The notes: generated by a model from the sequence alone, not told the origin. A stretch of 63,013 bases of DNA, filler included, from Reticulomyxa filosa (GCA_000512085.1; 22 parts of 22 records of this genome joined end to end with filler, not necessarily neighbours in it); one strand, 5' to 3'; positions 11,901 to 25,345 are shown, counted from the first letter of the whole stretch. Program-made: numbers and translations.

Positions 11901-12995
11901 GCGCTGCAATAAAGGCAAAGGGATCTGCTCGTCACTATTGACACATCGCAGTTCTTGCAGTAAGGTGACAAAGTCGGCCGCAAAGCTCGTGTACTCTTCC
12001 TGAATCCTCACTCTCCAATTCACCAAGTTATAAAACATGGCATTCTTCTTGCTATTCCAGTCGCTCTCCATCGAGTTCGAATAGTGCTCGCATAACTGCA
12101 ACATCAGCTCCGTCCTCGTCGTGCAGTCCAAATAGATTGTTATGTAGGGCACTTTGCGCAAAATGTTGCGTACTTCTTTGATCGGAATAAACTTGCCGCC
12201 TTTGAACACATTGCACTCGCTGTCGTCCACCAAATACATGCACGCCAACAGACAACGGTACAGTCCGTGCTTTTCCACTGGCGATAGATACGTGTGTCCA
12301 TTCAAGTCACTCAATGCTTGATACATCAATGCTGCAAACAGCTCCTCTTTGTGCGGCACCTGTCGGATGTCCTCTTTCATGTGGAACAGGATAATATGGT
12401 ACGGGCGCGTCGGGTCGTTCAAAAAATTGTGAATACCTGTAATCTCCGACATCAAGTCCGTCGCGTTCGGTAAAATGTTCCTCACAAACGAAAACGCGCG
12501 CTTGTAAAATGCAAAGTCGTTCTTCACTTGACCCTTCATATCTTTCAACGCGTCCAGGATTGTCATTCGGTCCAACAGCTTGTTCAATGCTACCATGTGG
12601 TCGCGCCACAGCGGCTCCTTCTTCTCCAGTGGATACACCAACATTCGCAGATTCTTCGTAAAGCACTTCACCATTTGGTCGTGGAACACCATCAATCCGT
12701 TGATCTTATTGATCTGCGGCGCCAAGATATCAAACACTTGCTTGTACAATTGCTTCTTCTCTTCGTCGCCCAATTCCGATGGGATCTTTTACAAATACAC
12801 ATATAATACATTACATATTTATACACACATATATATATGTGTATGTATATATGTATACATATGTATCATTTATTCATTTATACGTATACATATATATGTT
12901 ATATGCATAGTCACAAACATTATCTCACTTCCCTCCCTTTTTTTTTTTTTTTAAATACCATTGGCAGTGGTTTTGAATAACTTCGATAGGTGTAT
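8986..12995 (-). CDS. CYFIP: CYFIP/Sra1/PIR121, WAVE regulatory complex subunit; 5'-truncated, two apparent frameshifts
   Basis: YTYRSYSKPLP; LDALKDMKGQVKNDFAFYKRA; SDLWYREFYL..IQFPIAMSLPWMLVD; IYNDSA; LFDEIEAEVNLVFDQ; FGDGWLWAG. Introns 12958-12786 and 9518-9334. Frame shifts near 11550 and 11302. Confidence 0.95.
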
Positions 12996-13174
12996 CTAAA
13001 TTCACACACATACACCCCAAAAAAAAAAAAAAAAGTATAATTTGTATACGTATAGGATTTTTCTTGTATATTCTNNNNNNNNNNNNNNNNNNNNNNNNNN
13101 NNNNNNNNNNNNNNNNNNTTAATTAATTAANNNNNNNNNNNNNNNNNNNNNNNNNNNNNNNNNNNNNNNNNNNN

Positions 13175-15425
13175 TTGTTGTGGATACTGTTGCGGTGAAC
13201 CAGGATGCGAATTTGCGTTGTCGCCCAAATCCTTTTGGTATTCGTAATCTCCATTATGACTGCTGCCGCCATCTTCATGATCCATCATCATCATGCCAAA
13301 GCCTCCTGATGATCGAGGCGTGTCGCAGGCAGCGCAGCGAGACGCACCAGCGTCATTCATCAAAGTGCAAATCGGACATCGCCACGTGCGACGACTCATC
13401 TGTGGACGTCCGCCCGAGGACGATGACAGTGAACGACGATGTTCGGCCCCCAATTGTTCCAAGTTCACATTGCTTGCACTCGTGCCATTACCACTAGCAC
13501 TCCGACTTACACTTGTCATACTCATTCCTCGGTGGTTCATTTCCAATGCTTCTCTCTCTTGTCTTTCTCTTTCCTTTTCTAATCTCTCCTTTTCTAATCT
13601 TTCTCTTTCTAATCTTTCTCTTTCTAATCTTTCCTTTTCTACTCGCTCTCTTTCTAATCGATCGCGTTCCAGTCGCTCACGCTCAAGAGCACGTTCCCGC
13701 TCTTGCTGCTCGCGCTGCAGACGCTCCTTCTCTTTGCGCTCGAACTCGAGCTGCTGCGCCAATGCGGCCTTCTCGCGCTCCAACTCCTCCTCGCGCTGCT
13801 TCATCAATTTCACGCGGTCCACGTCGTCGTTGCGAAGTCTCTTGCTGCCTTCCGCCGCTATCATGTTCTGGATCACGCTAAAGTCGCTGGCGTTGTCTTT
13901 TTTTTCAAACGAACAAAAGACCATTTCAAAAATAAATAAGTAACTGAACACAAGAGGGGAGAAGGATACATAACTGCCAGATTCTTCTTCTTCTTCTTCT
14001 TCTTTAACTACTCCTATTCCTATTCCTATTCCTTCGCCAGAATTGTTGTTGGAAATGGATTTGGGCTCGAATGATGGACGCACATCGGAGGATGGCTTGG
14101 GGCTGGCGATGTTGGATTGCTTCTTGCTAACGCCTCCAGGCTTGGGCGCATGACACATGAGACACTGTGGGTCCTCCACGCCGTTTTGAAATGTGCACGC
14201 GGGACAGTCCCACACGTTCATCAGCGCCTTCGAGCTCTCTCTTTTCAGATTCGTGTACGACAGCGGCAATTCGCTTGCCACATTCACACTGCTTCGGTTC
14301 GAATTGTTTCCCGTCTCTGCCACTTTCTATTTCATTTTTTTTTTTTTTTGTGGTAAGGTATTCCTTCAAACATCAAAGTTTTTTTTTTTAAAAAAACTTT
14401 GATGTTTGGAATAGATAGTTTCACTTTTCAATCAAAAAAAAAAGCGAAGTTTTTTTGTTGTTGTGTCGGACTAAAAAAGGGGTGTTGAGAAACTGGAACT
14501 GGAATTGGAATTGGAACTGGAATAGACACGGAATCAGGCCTTGGCTTGCTGCACACATCGCAGATGGGGACTTGCATGGAATTCATAAAAGTGCACATCG
14601 CACATTCCCATTTCGACAAGTTCTGTACATTCCACAAGCATTCGATACGTATATACATATATAAGTATATGTGTGTAAGTATAGCCCCATGAGTGGAAAA
14701 GAAGTCGCTTAGCATGTAGCGTGTTAATGTATGTGTTGGTACAAAACATCAGCAGACGATTTTTGCGGTCGTTGAGATGAAACAGTTTGTGCGTTTGTTT
14801 TGCCATTATTATTATTGTTATTGTTATTATTATTATTATTGTTATTGTTATTGCTGATGCTATCATAGCCATGCAAGCCATAGGGTTGGTTGCTGCTATT
14901 GTAGTTGTAATTGCTGTTATTATTATTATTATTATTATTATTGCTGGGATTGTAAGCATTCGGAATTTTGTCGCTGTTGCGGTTGCTGGAAGGGAGTTGA
15001 TTCACTGATGCGTAGCGACTGCCATTGATATTGTTGGAAGAGGGATATCCAGATTGACCGATACTTTGGGGTGAGTATCCATTTTTGTTATTATTGTTAT
15101 TATTATTATTATTATTAAGATAAGATTGGGACTCCGACGATTGTGGCCAAGAAGACACCTGCGAAGGATTCGACATCAATTTGCTCGCCACGAGATTCTG
15201 TCCATTCGAAGGTCCAGATATTCGATTTGAGTTTTCCTTCATTCCGCTCATCGCTATTGCATCTTCACTCACTTCCGTGTCGCCTGTGCCCACTGCCGAC
15301 TTTGACTTCACGTTTCCGCTATATGAACTCGCTTGTTTATAATGATTGCAAAATGCCTCGCTTGCGTCTTCGTTATGGAATCGCAACGCTATTATCTCTT
15401 CGCACGGTGGATTGCTCGTCATATT
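13175..15425 (-). CDS. Multi-exon protein with RanBD/PH-like domain end, three RanBP2-type zinc fingers, Asn-rich tracts and ERERL coiled coil; truncated at both ends
   Basis: W-x-C-x2-C-T-x2-N-x6-C-x2-C fingers at WECAMCTFMN, WDCPACTFQN and WRCPICTLMN. EEIIALRFHNEDASEAF resembles the C-terminal strand-helix of Ran-binding domains. Confidence 0.75.
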
Positions 15426-15699
15426 CTTTTTTTTTTTCCCAAAAAAAACACAAGTTTTTTTAATTTAAAAAAAGTATACGTATTCTTTTTTTCNNNNNNN
15501 NNNNNNNNNNNNNNNNNNNNNNNNNNNNNNNNNNNNNTTAATTAATTAANNNNNNNNNNNNNNNNNNNNNNNNNNNNNNNNNNNNNNNNNNNNAGCCCTC
15601 AAAAAAAAAAAATATATATATATAATGTATACGTATAAATATATACATGTATATATTTATATGCATAAATATTTGCTTGCTTGGTTTTTTAATGAACAG

Positions 15700-15916
15700 T
15701 TGCGTACGTGCGGTCCCAATAAGCTCAAGTTCCTTCCATTTACGACAACAATTGAAAGCAGAATGGTGTGGGGTTGCAGATTCTGAAATTGAACGTGTGA
15801 GTGGAATCTCTGGACTTAAATTTGTTCATCCAAATGGATTTATTGCTGGGACCAAAACCAAGGAGGCTGCCATTGCTCTAGCTGTTCATAGTCTACCTTT
15901 CTCTCACTCCATTTAA
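15700..15916 (+). CDS. MYG1: MYG1 exonuclease family, last exon
   Basis: VRAVP..SFHLR..L..EWCGV.D.E..VSGI.G..FVHPNGFIAG..T.E.A..LA..SL matches the MYG1 C-terminus. AG acceptor at 15698-15699. Confidence 0.85.
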
Positions 15917-17405
15917 TTTTTGTGCGTGTTTACTTTTTTCTCTTTTTTGAATTTTGTGGCCACCACTCGAATCGATTTATGTTTTTCTTTTTGAAAAAGA
16001 TTTTTTAATTTTTTTTTTCGTAGGGAAAGATTTTCTACAGTTTTGAGATGTTCGAATTTTTGTGAGTGTATTTGATTGCTTTGAAAATTGAGTAAGATAT
16101 AATTTGTTTTTCTTCTTATTTTTTTTTTTACGCGAGGAACCACAACTAGCATTAGCCATACAAATTAATTTTTAATTCATAATAAAAAAACAAAACAAAA
16201 ATCGAATATCAATTGTAACTGTGCTAGAATATTATTAGACACAATCTTTATCCTGTTTACATTGACATTGTATTATCTCCAGGTATAAATGTAATAAGGT
16301 AACTACTTTAAAATACTTGAGTTTTTTAGTATTTGCAGAAAGACAACTGTAAGTCGCTCATGACAAAAGAGAAGGAATGAAATTTGAAGAATTTTTATCT
16401 TTCATTGATGTTGATACAAATAAGCAGATAAACTTGCGTCAAAATATTAGAGCAAGAACCTAGCACTATAAAGAGGAATTCTTTTTGAATGTAAGACTCC
16501 CTTTTTTCTCCGTACTTTTACCACTTTCTTTGTTGCTTTTTGTTTTTCTTTTCTACTATTCAATTATTTTATTCTCTATTGAAAATCATTTAAAAGAGGG
16601 GCTGTGTTAAACTTGCAGCTGCCCTATCTACAATAAAATATCAATGTGTTTATTTTCTTGAAAGCAGTATTTATTTTTTAAACAAATCTTTAAAAAGCCA
16701 GATGAAATACATCCAACTGTTACATTCTTCAATATGTCCAGCTACTATAAGGTTTTGCCATAAAAAAAGTGGCTTACAATTTGTACATAAACACCAAGAT
16801 ATTTTGACAATAAAATTTATAATTTTTGATTTAATATCACACAAAAAAAAAGTTCACAAATTGTATCTCACGACGATGAAACAACTTGATTGTAAAGAGC
16901 ATTGTAAAGTTAATTTACAAAATAACTTCAATCGGATAATGTATTATTCTCGAGCGAAATCGTTTCACAACATGAATAGCTTTGCGGTATTCTTTCTTCA
17001 GTTCTGAAAGCATATTTCAATTAGAAAAAAACAATTGCCAATCATTTAAAAAATTCTGTGTTGGGCTCAAATTATTCACAGCATGTTTTTGATTTTTGTA
17101 TTTACTTCTTTGTTTTTAAAACAAAACAAGGAAAAGAACTATTCAAGCGAGCGTTTTGCCTTTTATCACAGATTTAAAGGATATTAAGCCTATGAAAAAT
17201 ACAATTAACATACTCACTGTTTAACATCTTTGTATATTCCATCACATGCGTTTTTCAATCTGCCAATTTTGATGTTACCATTACTTTTTTTTACATAAAC
17301 AAAGCATTGATACATAAAACAAATTATTGTTATCATTTTCGATCACTTGTTCTATTTTGATTTTATAAAAAAGGTGTCAAAGAAGATAAAAAAAAAAGTG
17401 CTCAC

Positions 17406-17533
17406 GTAAAGTTCATAATAATACGTTGGCAACAACTTTGATGTCCTTAGCCTAAAGGTCATTGCGTATGCATATTTAATTTTGTTGTGCAGTCGATCTT
17501 TGTTCGATTCCTCCAGCATGTAAAATGCGTTTC
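17406..17533 (-). pseudogene. VPS35: VPS35 (retromer) N-terminal exon fragment, not in the ORF track; downstream part looks degraded
   Basis: Translates NAFYMLEESNKDRLHNKIKYAYAMTFRLRTSKLLPTYYYELY, like VPS35 NAFYM..LRTSKLSP..YYELY. GTGAG donor follows at 17405. No intact continuation found. Confidence 0.6.
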
Positions 17534-17634
17534 NNNNNNNNNNNNNNNNNNNNNNNNNNNNNNNNNNNNNNNNNNNNTTAATTAATTAANNNNNNNNNNN
17601 NNNNNNNNNNNNNNNNNNNNNNNNNNNNNNNNNA

Positions 17635-17962
17635 ATTTGTGAAACCTTAATAAAGTCGATTCCAAAGAGAATACATGAAGTTAAAAAGGCCAAAGTAGAT
17701 ATAACACATTGGTAAACTTAAATTAAATTCTAAAAAACAAATCTTATCATACTCAGGCACCACAAAAAATTTCTTTAAAGTAAATAAAAGAATAAAATTT
17801 TTGAAAAAATTGTAAAGATTTAATAAAAAACCAAAATGATATCACACAATTTGTAGATATTTTTAAAAAAATTTTGATTAAATGTTATTTTTTCATGGAG
17901 AAACACAATCATCTCTATAAGTTGGCATTTTATGTGTCAACTTTCTTTTTTATCTTACTGTA
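17635..17962 (+). mobile_element. Tc1/mariner-type transposon right end: transposase C-terminus plus terminal inverted repeat
   Basis: 17635-17715 encodes ICETLIKSIPKRIHEVKKAKVDITHW*, like Tc1 L..SMP.R...VI.AKG..T.Y*. Terminus ..TACTG|TA at 17956-17962. Confidence 0.7.
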
Positions 17963-18659
17963 TTTACTGCATTACATTTCGAACGAGTGTACACTAAAAA
18001 ACTATTAATTATTAAGGAGCCTTTTTTTTCACACAACGAAAATCATATAACGACTACTTTTTTGTACATTTTTTAATACATATAATAAAAAATAAAACTT
18101 GCAAAAAATCTTTTTTTAAACTTAGTATAACAATGCTCCAACAATGATTGTGACAGTTGTGCATAAGACTAAACTCAAAGTGCTTGACCTCATAACAAGC
18201 AATTTTACTTCAAAGATATTCTGTAAGCTTTTTTTAATATCTTTTTATACGATTTTCTGATATCCCTTTTTTTTCTAAAAAAAAACATAATCTGACGTTG
18301 TTTGATTGGACAAATTTTGAAACAAGTTTTGTACATTTTATTTCCAATATACACTACAAATTTTCGATTGTATTCAGGCATGTACAAAGCAAGATCACAC
18401 GAAATTCGTTATGGTACTTTAACGAACGCAATTTTCTTGGTTTCTTCTTAATAAGTTTTTCAGTATTTAACGTCAGCTTCCATTTACGCACTTATTCATA
18501 AAGTACACTAAATATTTTTGCACTTTGAGCAAACTCAAGAAATTACTCAACAGATCAACAGCACGCTATCTGTTAAAATTGTCAGCTCATTTAGTCATTT
18601 AAAAAAAAAATAAAAAACTCAAATATCGAATTATACTTAGCTAAAAAAAAGGAAAATAA

Positions 18660-18823
18660 AGGAGAAAGATTTAATAAAAAACTAAATTCAAAATTATATT
18701 TAAAAACTACAGCATTGTTATGTTTTTAAAAAAATTATGTCTAAATATTGTCTTTTCATGGAGAAAATAAATTGCAAAAAAACATAACATGAAAATGCTA
18801 CTTTATGAAGACAAACTACTGTA
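18660..18823 (+). mobile_element. Second degenerate copy of the same Tc1-like terminal sequence
   Basis: Shares AAAGATTTAATAAAAAAC and TTTTTAAAAAAATT..TTTTCATGGAGAAA with 17813-17902; ends ..TACTGTA. Confidence 0.5.
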
Positions 18824-20289
18824 TGTCCACACAGCAGGTGCGACCTGAATTGACCATATTAATAACCCTGATATAATAGTTAAAATCGTAATTACTTATG
18901 ACGCTTTGGAACGAGTGTAAATTGTCAGTAGTAAAGTGTTCTTTTGTTAGTGATTTGATTAGTCGTTTTGTTACACTTGCTAACAGATAAAAGATCAACA
19001 ATCAACAACTGAAGTCTAACAAATACTCAATGTTGTTATAGTAGTATATGTCTGTTTGTAAAGAGTATTCTGACGAGACTGTCTTGCACACAGACATATT
19101 CTATTTTTCCTTACACAACACTAATATATTCACACGTACTTATACATTGAGTAAGTCTTTATTTATTTGTTCGTTTTTTTTAAAGGCTGAAATTTATATC
19201 AGTCAGACTAACTAAAGACAAATCAAGCTACGAGCTATATATCTCATTCACATGGACTTACTTCGCATAAGATGTGACTATTCTTCAATATAATTACTAA
19301 CTTTTTTCTCAAGATCATTTATCATAATCGAATTCACAAGTATATTCGAATACAGGTTTTAATGAAATGTACTTGTATTGACCTCCCACCAACATCGTCT
19401 ATATTTTACATGTGTTTGTTTTTTTCTTGTATTGTCAGCAGTATTTTTTTCTTCGTTCAAAAGTGGTATATTATCTTTATAAAGCTTTATTTATTTGTTT
19501 GTCTGCTTTTTTCCATAAGAACGTCCGATCAATTTCTAAAAATATCTTTACTATATATGCAAATATTTATATTTTTCATCAATACTTTTTTAATGTCTAC
19601 CTGGTTCATCAAAATGAAGAATTCTTCTTGACTTTCATATACATCTCAAAACTTAACGTTATTGAAATTCTTTATTTCATTGTATATTTTTTGTAACAAA
19701 AAGTATTCCTCTCTAAATTCCTATTTGAAATGACGATGATGTCTGAACATTTTTTTTTTGTAATCCAACAAAGAAAAAAAAAAGGAAAGTGATTCAAAAC
19801 AGCAAATTCAACCAAAGTAGTACAATCCAAAATATTTTGTTCTTTTCATATAACTAGACATACTGAAGTATGCTTCGAAAGCATACTGCTTAAAAAAGAA
19901 CCTTGTATGAAAACTAGATTTTTTCACACATTGTACATATTTTGCAATACGCAATAGCAAATACACTACACTTTCTTTCCAGGCTTCTTCTTGTTTTTCT
20001 GATGACACAACAACCGATAATTTACATGTTATTTCAAGTCGTTTAGGTGAAATGTTTTCCCCACAAAATAAATATAACATCCCCTCTTTATGTGCCCTTT
20101 TTTTCCCTCTTGTTTTCAGACTATGAATCGTGTGTAAAGTATATTTGAAAGGGTAACATACCGACGATGCAGTGTCCTTGTTTAAATCGTCGTTTTGTTA
20201 TATTTCACACCACATTGACAAACGTGTGCATTAAAAAAAAGTGATCAATCATATGAAAAGAATAGTGAAGAAAAATGATCAAAACTTGT

Positions 20290-21171
20290 TTCTGCAATTT
20301 GATAAACAAATCGTTTTCTTTTTTAATACAAAGGGCTTTGTCACATAATAGCTCCAAACTTTTTCGATACAGTTTCTGAATATTAGGATTACGACCTCTA
20401 TTTCCAAGAGAAGCAAGAGCAATGAAAAGCAAGTAGACAAATGAAAAACAAAAACGCATACTCAAGCTTTGAACGAACGTCGCTTGGCTGACGTTTTATT
20501 GGAAGCGAGTTGTCTTTCATTTCTTCTGAGCTGTTGTCCATGAGTTTCATAGTGCTGCTTCTTCTACGTGTCTGATCAGTGGCGGCAGTGGCAGCAGTGG
20601 CAGCAGTGGTAGCAATAGCGGACTGGTTATTTTCCTCCAATTTTGACTCTTCGTCTTTCAAATCCTCCTTTAGGGTCCAAAGTAGTTGATTTAGAATATC
20701 GTTGGATTTAAATCTCCTTTCATAGTCGCTCATTCCAGGCGTATTTTCTTGTAGCTTTTCGACAGTGCAATTTTCAAGGGACATATTGAACGACTCAACT
20801 TTACACAGGATATCGGACAAATGTTTGTTGTTGATTTCATTGTTTTGATGGACATAGTCGAGCACTTGTTGAAACTTCGACTGCATTCGCTTTATCTCTT
20901 CGTTTTTATTTGCGATTTGCAAATCGGTTTGTTTTTGTTTTTGGTTCATTTCGCTTAGACTTTGCATTTTGAAGGTCAAACGCTCCTCGTTGAATTTGTT
21001 TGACAGCATTTCTTTTTGAACGCGGAGTGTCTTAATTTCGCGAACCAATTCAACTTTTTCCTTATTCAGTTTGTCCATTTTTTCGGGCAGTTCTTTTAAC
21101 ACTTTCAATTGCGTCTCCAACAATGTATTGTCATTTTCCACTTTTTGCACATGCATTTCACGAACTGACAA
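20290..21171 (-). CDS. Coiled-coil protein of unknown family, internal or C-terminal exons
   Basis: Long E/K/Q/L heptad-rich ORF with a probable downstream exon GRNPNIQKLYRKSLELL. 5' end lost at contig edge. Confidence 0.55.
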
Positions 21172-21176
21172 TTCTT

Positions 21177-21211
<35 letters not shown>

Positions 21212-21312
21212 NNNNNNNNNNNNNNNNNNNNNNNNNNNNNNNNNNNNNNNNNNNNTTAATTAATTAANNNNNNNNNNNNNNNNNNNNNNNNNNNNNNNNN
21301 NNNNNNNNNNNC

Positions 21313-21871
21313 ATTTCAACACATCAACGAAATCAAAGTGGAAACAGAATTAACTAAATTATTTGAAACTCTACAATTTGAAAAAAAAGATTGGATTTTG
21401 TTTTCAAAACGAGGATATGCCAATTATACGACTGACCAACTACGTGTTGAACATATTGGAGTATTGTGGCTTCAATTGAATAACTTAGTTCAATCGGAAC
21501 GTTTGAATGAAAGTTCGATTACTCCATTTGTTCTTAATATTTATCAACGAGAATTGCCTAATGAAATCCAGACACAAATTAAAGAGTTTGTGAAGAGGGC
21601 ATCATTGGGAACAATGAAAGACATATTAAAGGCATGGCGTGAAGTCGCTTATAAACAAGGACAGATTAGACAAGATGAAAACTCTCAATTTAGTCATTTG
21701 TTAAAGCAATGTATCCCTGACAATCTATTAGAATATTTTCCATATCAGTGGTTAATATGGGGCTATTGTGCTAGTGCATATCAATGTGCATATCAAGAAT
21801 GGAAAAAACAAGACCAACGATCGTTACCATCATCGTGGTTTAAGAAAATTTTCGAAAAAACATTCTTCTAA
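21313..21871 (+). CDS. C-terminal fragment of a hypothetical protein
   Basis: ORF of about 185 codons open from the contig edge with globular composition; no family recognised. Confidence 0.5.
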
Positions 21872-22597
21872 AACACTACAATCTTGTTTTTATGTTCGTT
21901 TGTATTATAAAAAAATATATTAATGCACAATTCCTAAATAAGACGAAACATATTTTTCAATACAATTCTTGAATCTATGCAAATTGTCTCACCACTCTTA
22001 AGTAAACGTATTTGCAGCATTAAAAATGCGCTTTTTCATATCTCTGGGATAGTTCGCCACAAAAATTACAAAAATTTACAATTTAATTTATTAAAACCAA
22101 CATTTTTCCGTGTATTCGTGTTTAATGCTATTTTAAATAAAATTTGTGTTGAAATTGTTGTCCTAGCTTCGAAATTTTAAATAATATTTAGAAAACATAA
22201 TACTAACTTTTACATCTGAGTGGATCTTTATTTTTTAATTTCAAAATGAAAAAGTTAGAAATTTTTTACACTTTATTGAAACAAATACATTTGAATTTAC
22301 CACATTATTTTAAAAAAGGCAATAAATTCAAAAAATGTTGCGATAGTTTAAAAAAACTATGCTTTGGTGCTTGTTTTTCAAAAAAAAAAATTGACCACTT
22401 TCGTAAGGTGGCACTTTAGGCGTCTAGTTTTCTGCGTATCTATGCCGTTTTTAAATATGGTTTTTTGTTCCATCGTTATTGTTCAAAAATTTCAATCCTT
22501 TATGATTAGATTTTTTAAGAGAATTGTTGTGATTTTAAGTTTTTAAAGAGTTTTTTTAGCTTTGCATCTTTTATTGTTTGTTTATTTGATATCTAAT

Positions 22598-22705
22598 TAC
22601 AGTAGACTGCAGAAAAAACTGCAGACTTAAATGGCATCTAAAGAGAGTCGATTTTCTCCATGAAAAACAAACATTTAAACCAAATTTTTTAAAAAATATT
22701 GTGGA
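22598..22705 (-). mobile_element. Third copy of the Tc1-like terminal repeat, opposite orientation, different contig
   Basis: TA|CAGTA..TAAATGGCATCTAAAGAGAG..TTTCTCCATGAAAAA..AACATTTAA..TTTTTTAAAAA aligns with the reverse complement of 17855-17962. Confidence 0.6.
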
Positions 22706-24024
22706 ACGTCGGCACTAAATGTAATACGAAAAGTTTTCTATTCGAAGAAAACTGGTTTCGATAAACAATATTGAATTAACAAATAATAGCTCGCTGGGGG
22801 CTCCTCAAAGATTTCAGAGTTCAACCATCTACAGTATGGACTTGCCCTACAATATCTACAAATCTTATAGTTTTTAAACATGAATTGGTTTTGTAATAGA
22901 GATTAACCAAAAGAAACACTTTTAAAATTAAAAATCGAGCAATTGACACAATACTAAAAAACAAAATGTGGAAAAAAATAAAAATTAAATTCAAAAAACT
23001 TTTTTTGCTATCCAACATCAAAATTACTTTAGTGTTTCTGATTACTTAGTATATTTGTTTTGATGCACTTATTCGACTAATCTTTTGTCGTTCGTTCAAC
23101 TGTAGCATTTTCTTTTAAAATTTACGCAAAAAAAATTATTGTGGGATACTTCTTGAAAATGCTTAAAAAAAAGTTGAATTTCAGATGCACATAAAATGCT
23201 ACTTTATTTCTTCCAAAAATATGACTTTTTTCCAATATCTACATCAATAAAAATAAGCCACTTTGCTTGTTCTTTAGTTAGTTTCAGTTTTATCTTTTTT
23301 GTAATCGTATATAATCCATTCAACTTCAAGTCTTAGTTATTATCAAATAAATAATTATGAGTTTACTTTTAATAGTCTTTGTGGCTATGTGCATCATTTT
23401 CTTTGAAAAGCATCAATCACAATCACTCTGTGCAAGTGAAAAAAATTTTTTTTTTATCCATTTGACTACACTTTTTCAGTGAATAGCATCGTCAAGCATT
23501 GAAATAACATTAATTTAATATCAAATGAATAACACAGCTTTTGACAAATTTCTAAAAAAGAAAATAAATTTTTCCCTTATAGTTGCTGGTGATTGCTGTC
23601 ACTTACTTGAACTTTGTATGTGCACTGGTTTTGTTAGTTGTCGACTCTAGTCTTACCTGTTTTCACTGTTTTTGCTTGAGATTAATGCAATTTGGCTCAA
23701 TGATTTCATTGTCCAATACAAATTTTGTGTATTTTGCATATCTTAATTTTACTATTCACTTGTATTGTACATTTTTCAATTATAGCTTCCTTATTGTTGT
23801 CACTACAAATTTTGTCAATTGTTTCAAGATTTTGATTCTTTTTTCAGATAACAATCTTTTGCCACCAATTACCAATGTTCTCATAATCAGTTTTTTCAAA
23901 TCTAATTCTGGAATTATTTTAGTANNNNNNNNNNNNNNNNNNNNNNNNNNNNNNNNNNNNNNNNNNNNTTAATTAATTAANNNNNNNNNNNNNNNNNNNN
24001 NNNNNNNNNNNNNNNNNNNNNNNN

Positions 24025-24063
<39 letters not shown>

Positions 24064-25169
24064 AACAACTCTGACCGAAATAATTTTGTATTTCCTTCTT
24101 CTTCTTCTCCTCCAAGTAGCACTAATGGAATGCCACCGCCGCCTTCATCGTCACCGTCATCGTCGTTGAACAAGCCAATGGCAACAGCAACGGCAACAGC
24201 AACAGCAACAGTAACAGCAACAGCAGCGACAGCAGTAGCATCGGCGGCCACAATGGCCCCTCCCCCGACAATACACAAAAACGTGGCAGCGAACAAAGCG
24301 ACACGTGTAACAATGATGATGAAAACGTTTGACGATTTCGACGGGATTGAGGAGTATGTGCACTCGGAGGAGTGCGTGAAATTGCGGTACGTCCTGAGGA
24401 AGTACCGTTGGACCCCTTGTGTTGCTATGGCTTTTTAGTGAGCATGGAGTACCCGTACGACCACATCCTCCTCGTCAACCGCGCCTTGAACATTCCCGCA
24501 ATGTCTGCTCTGCTCCTGCAAATCAACGGCCTCAAGTTCCGTGGCAATGTGTTTACGTCGTTCGCCAATCATTACTCACGCATTGAATTGAATCACATTC
24601 CTTGGGCGATTGGCGACACTAGTGGTGGTGGCAGTAGCAATAGCAATAGCAATAGCAATAACAATAATAATAACAATAACAATAACAATAACAATAACAA
24701 TAACAATAACAACAGTAGCAATGGTGGTGGTGGCAGTAGTAATAGCAGTAATGCTGTTGGTGGTCCAGGACCTACTACAGTTTCTTCTCCTCCTCAAATG
24801 CCAACAATTGACCTAGTGAAAGTAATGAAACTGGAGAAAACGAGCAACAATCCCAACGCTGCCAAAACGGCCAATCAAGAAGCCTTGTCCGTGTTTCTGA
24901 AACAAACCCATTTGAAAAAAATCGTGTTCAAACTTTGCGAAATGATTCGCAAGTACAAATACGGATGCTATTGCGGCCCACTCATGATGCCCTTTGTCGA
25001 CATTGATGCCATCGGCATGTTGCCGTCCACATCCGATATCAACGCCAAACCACTTTCCTATGATCGTATTCACGAAATCATTGGCAGTGAGCAATTCCAG
25101 CCTAAGATACCCTCTGATCACAAAGACCGAGACCGAGACCGAGATCGAGATCGAGACAGACAAAGATAA
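24025..25169 (+). CDS. Hypothetical low-complexity protein fragment (poly-N, TA and DR repeats); apparent frameshift near 24408
   Basis: ORFs 24130-24438 and 24372-25169 are both GC-richer and coding-like and join by adding one base at CGT/TGG. Confidence 0.5.
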
Positions 25170-25345
25170 AGATAAAGATAAGGATANNNNNNNNNNNNNN
25201 NNNNNNNNNNNNNNNNNNNNNNNNNNNNNNTTAATTAATTAANNNNNNNNNNNNNNNNNNNNNNNNNNNNNNNNNNNNNNNNNNNNTTCATATAGTGCCA
25301 TTTAGGTATGGCGGTTTTTTTTGTAATATACTGTATGATAACATT

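Noticed and set aside
12996-13053. Non-canonical AT-AG or GT-AC intron in CYFIP giving ..KILYTYRS
   Set aside because: Only about 25 nt precede it before the contig ends, and TATACGTATA is a common intron-interior motif here. A canonical GT-AG join is also in frame.
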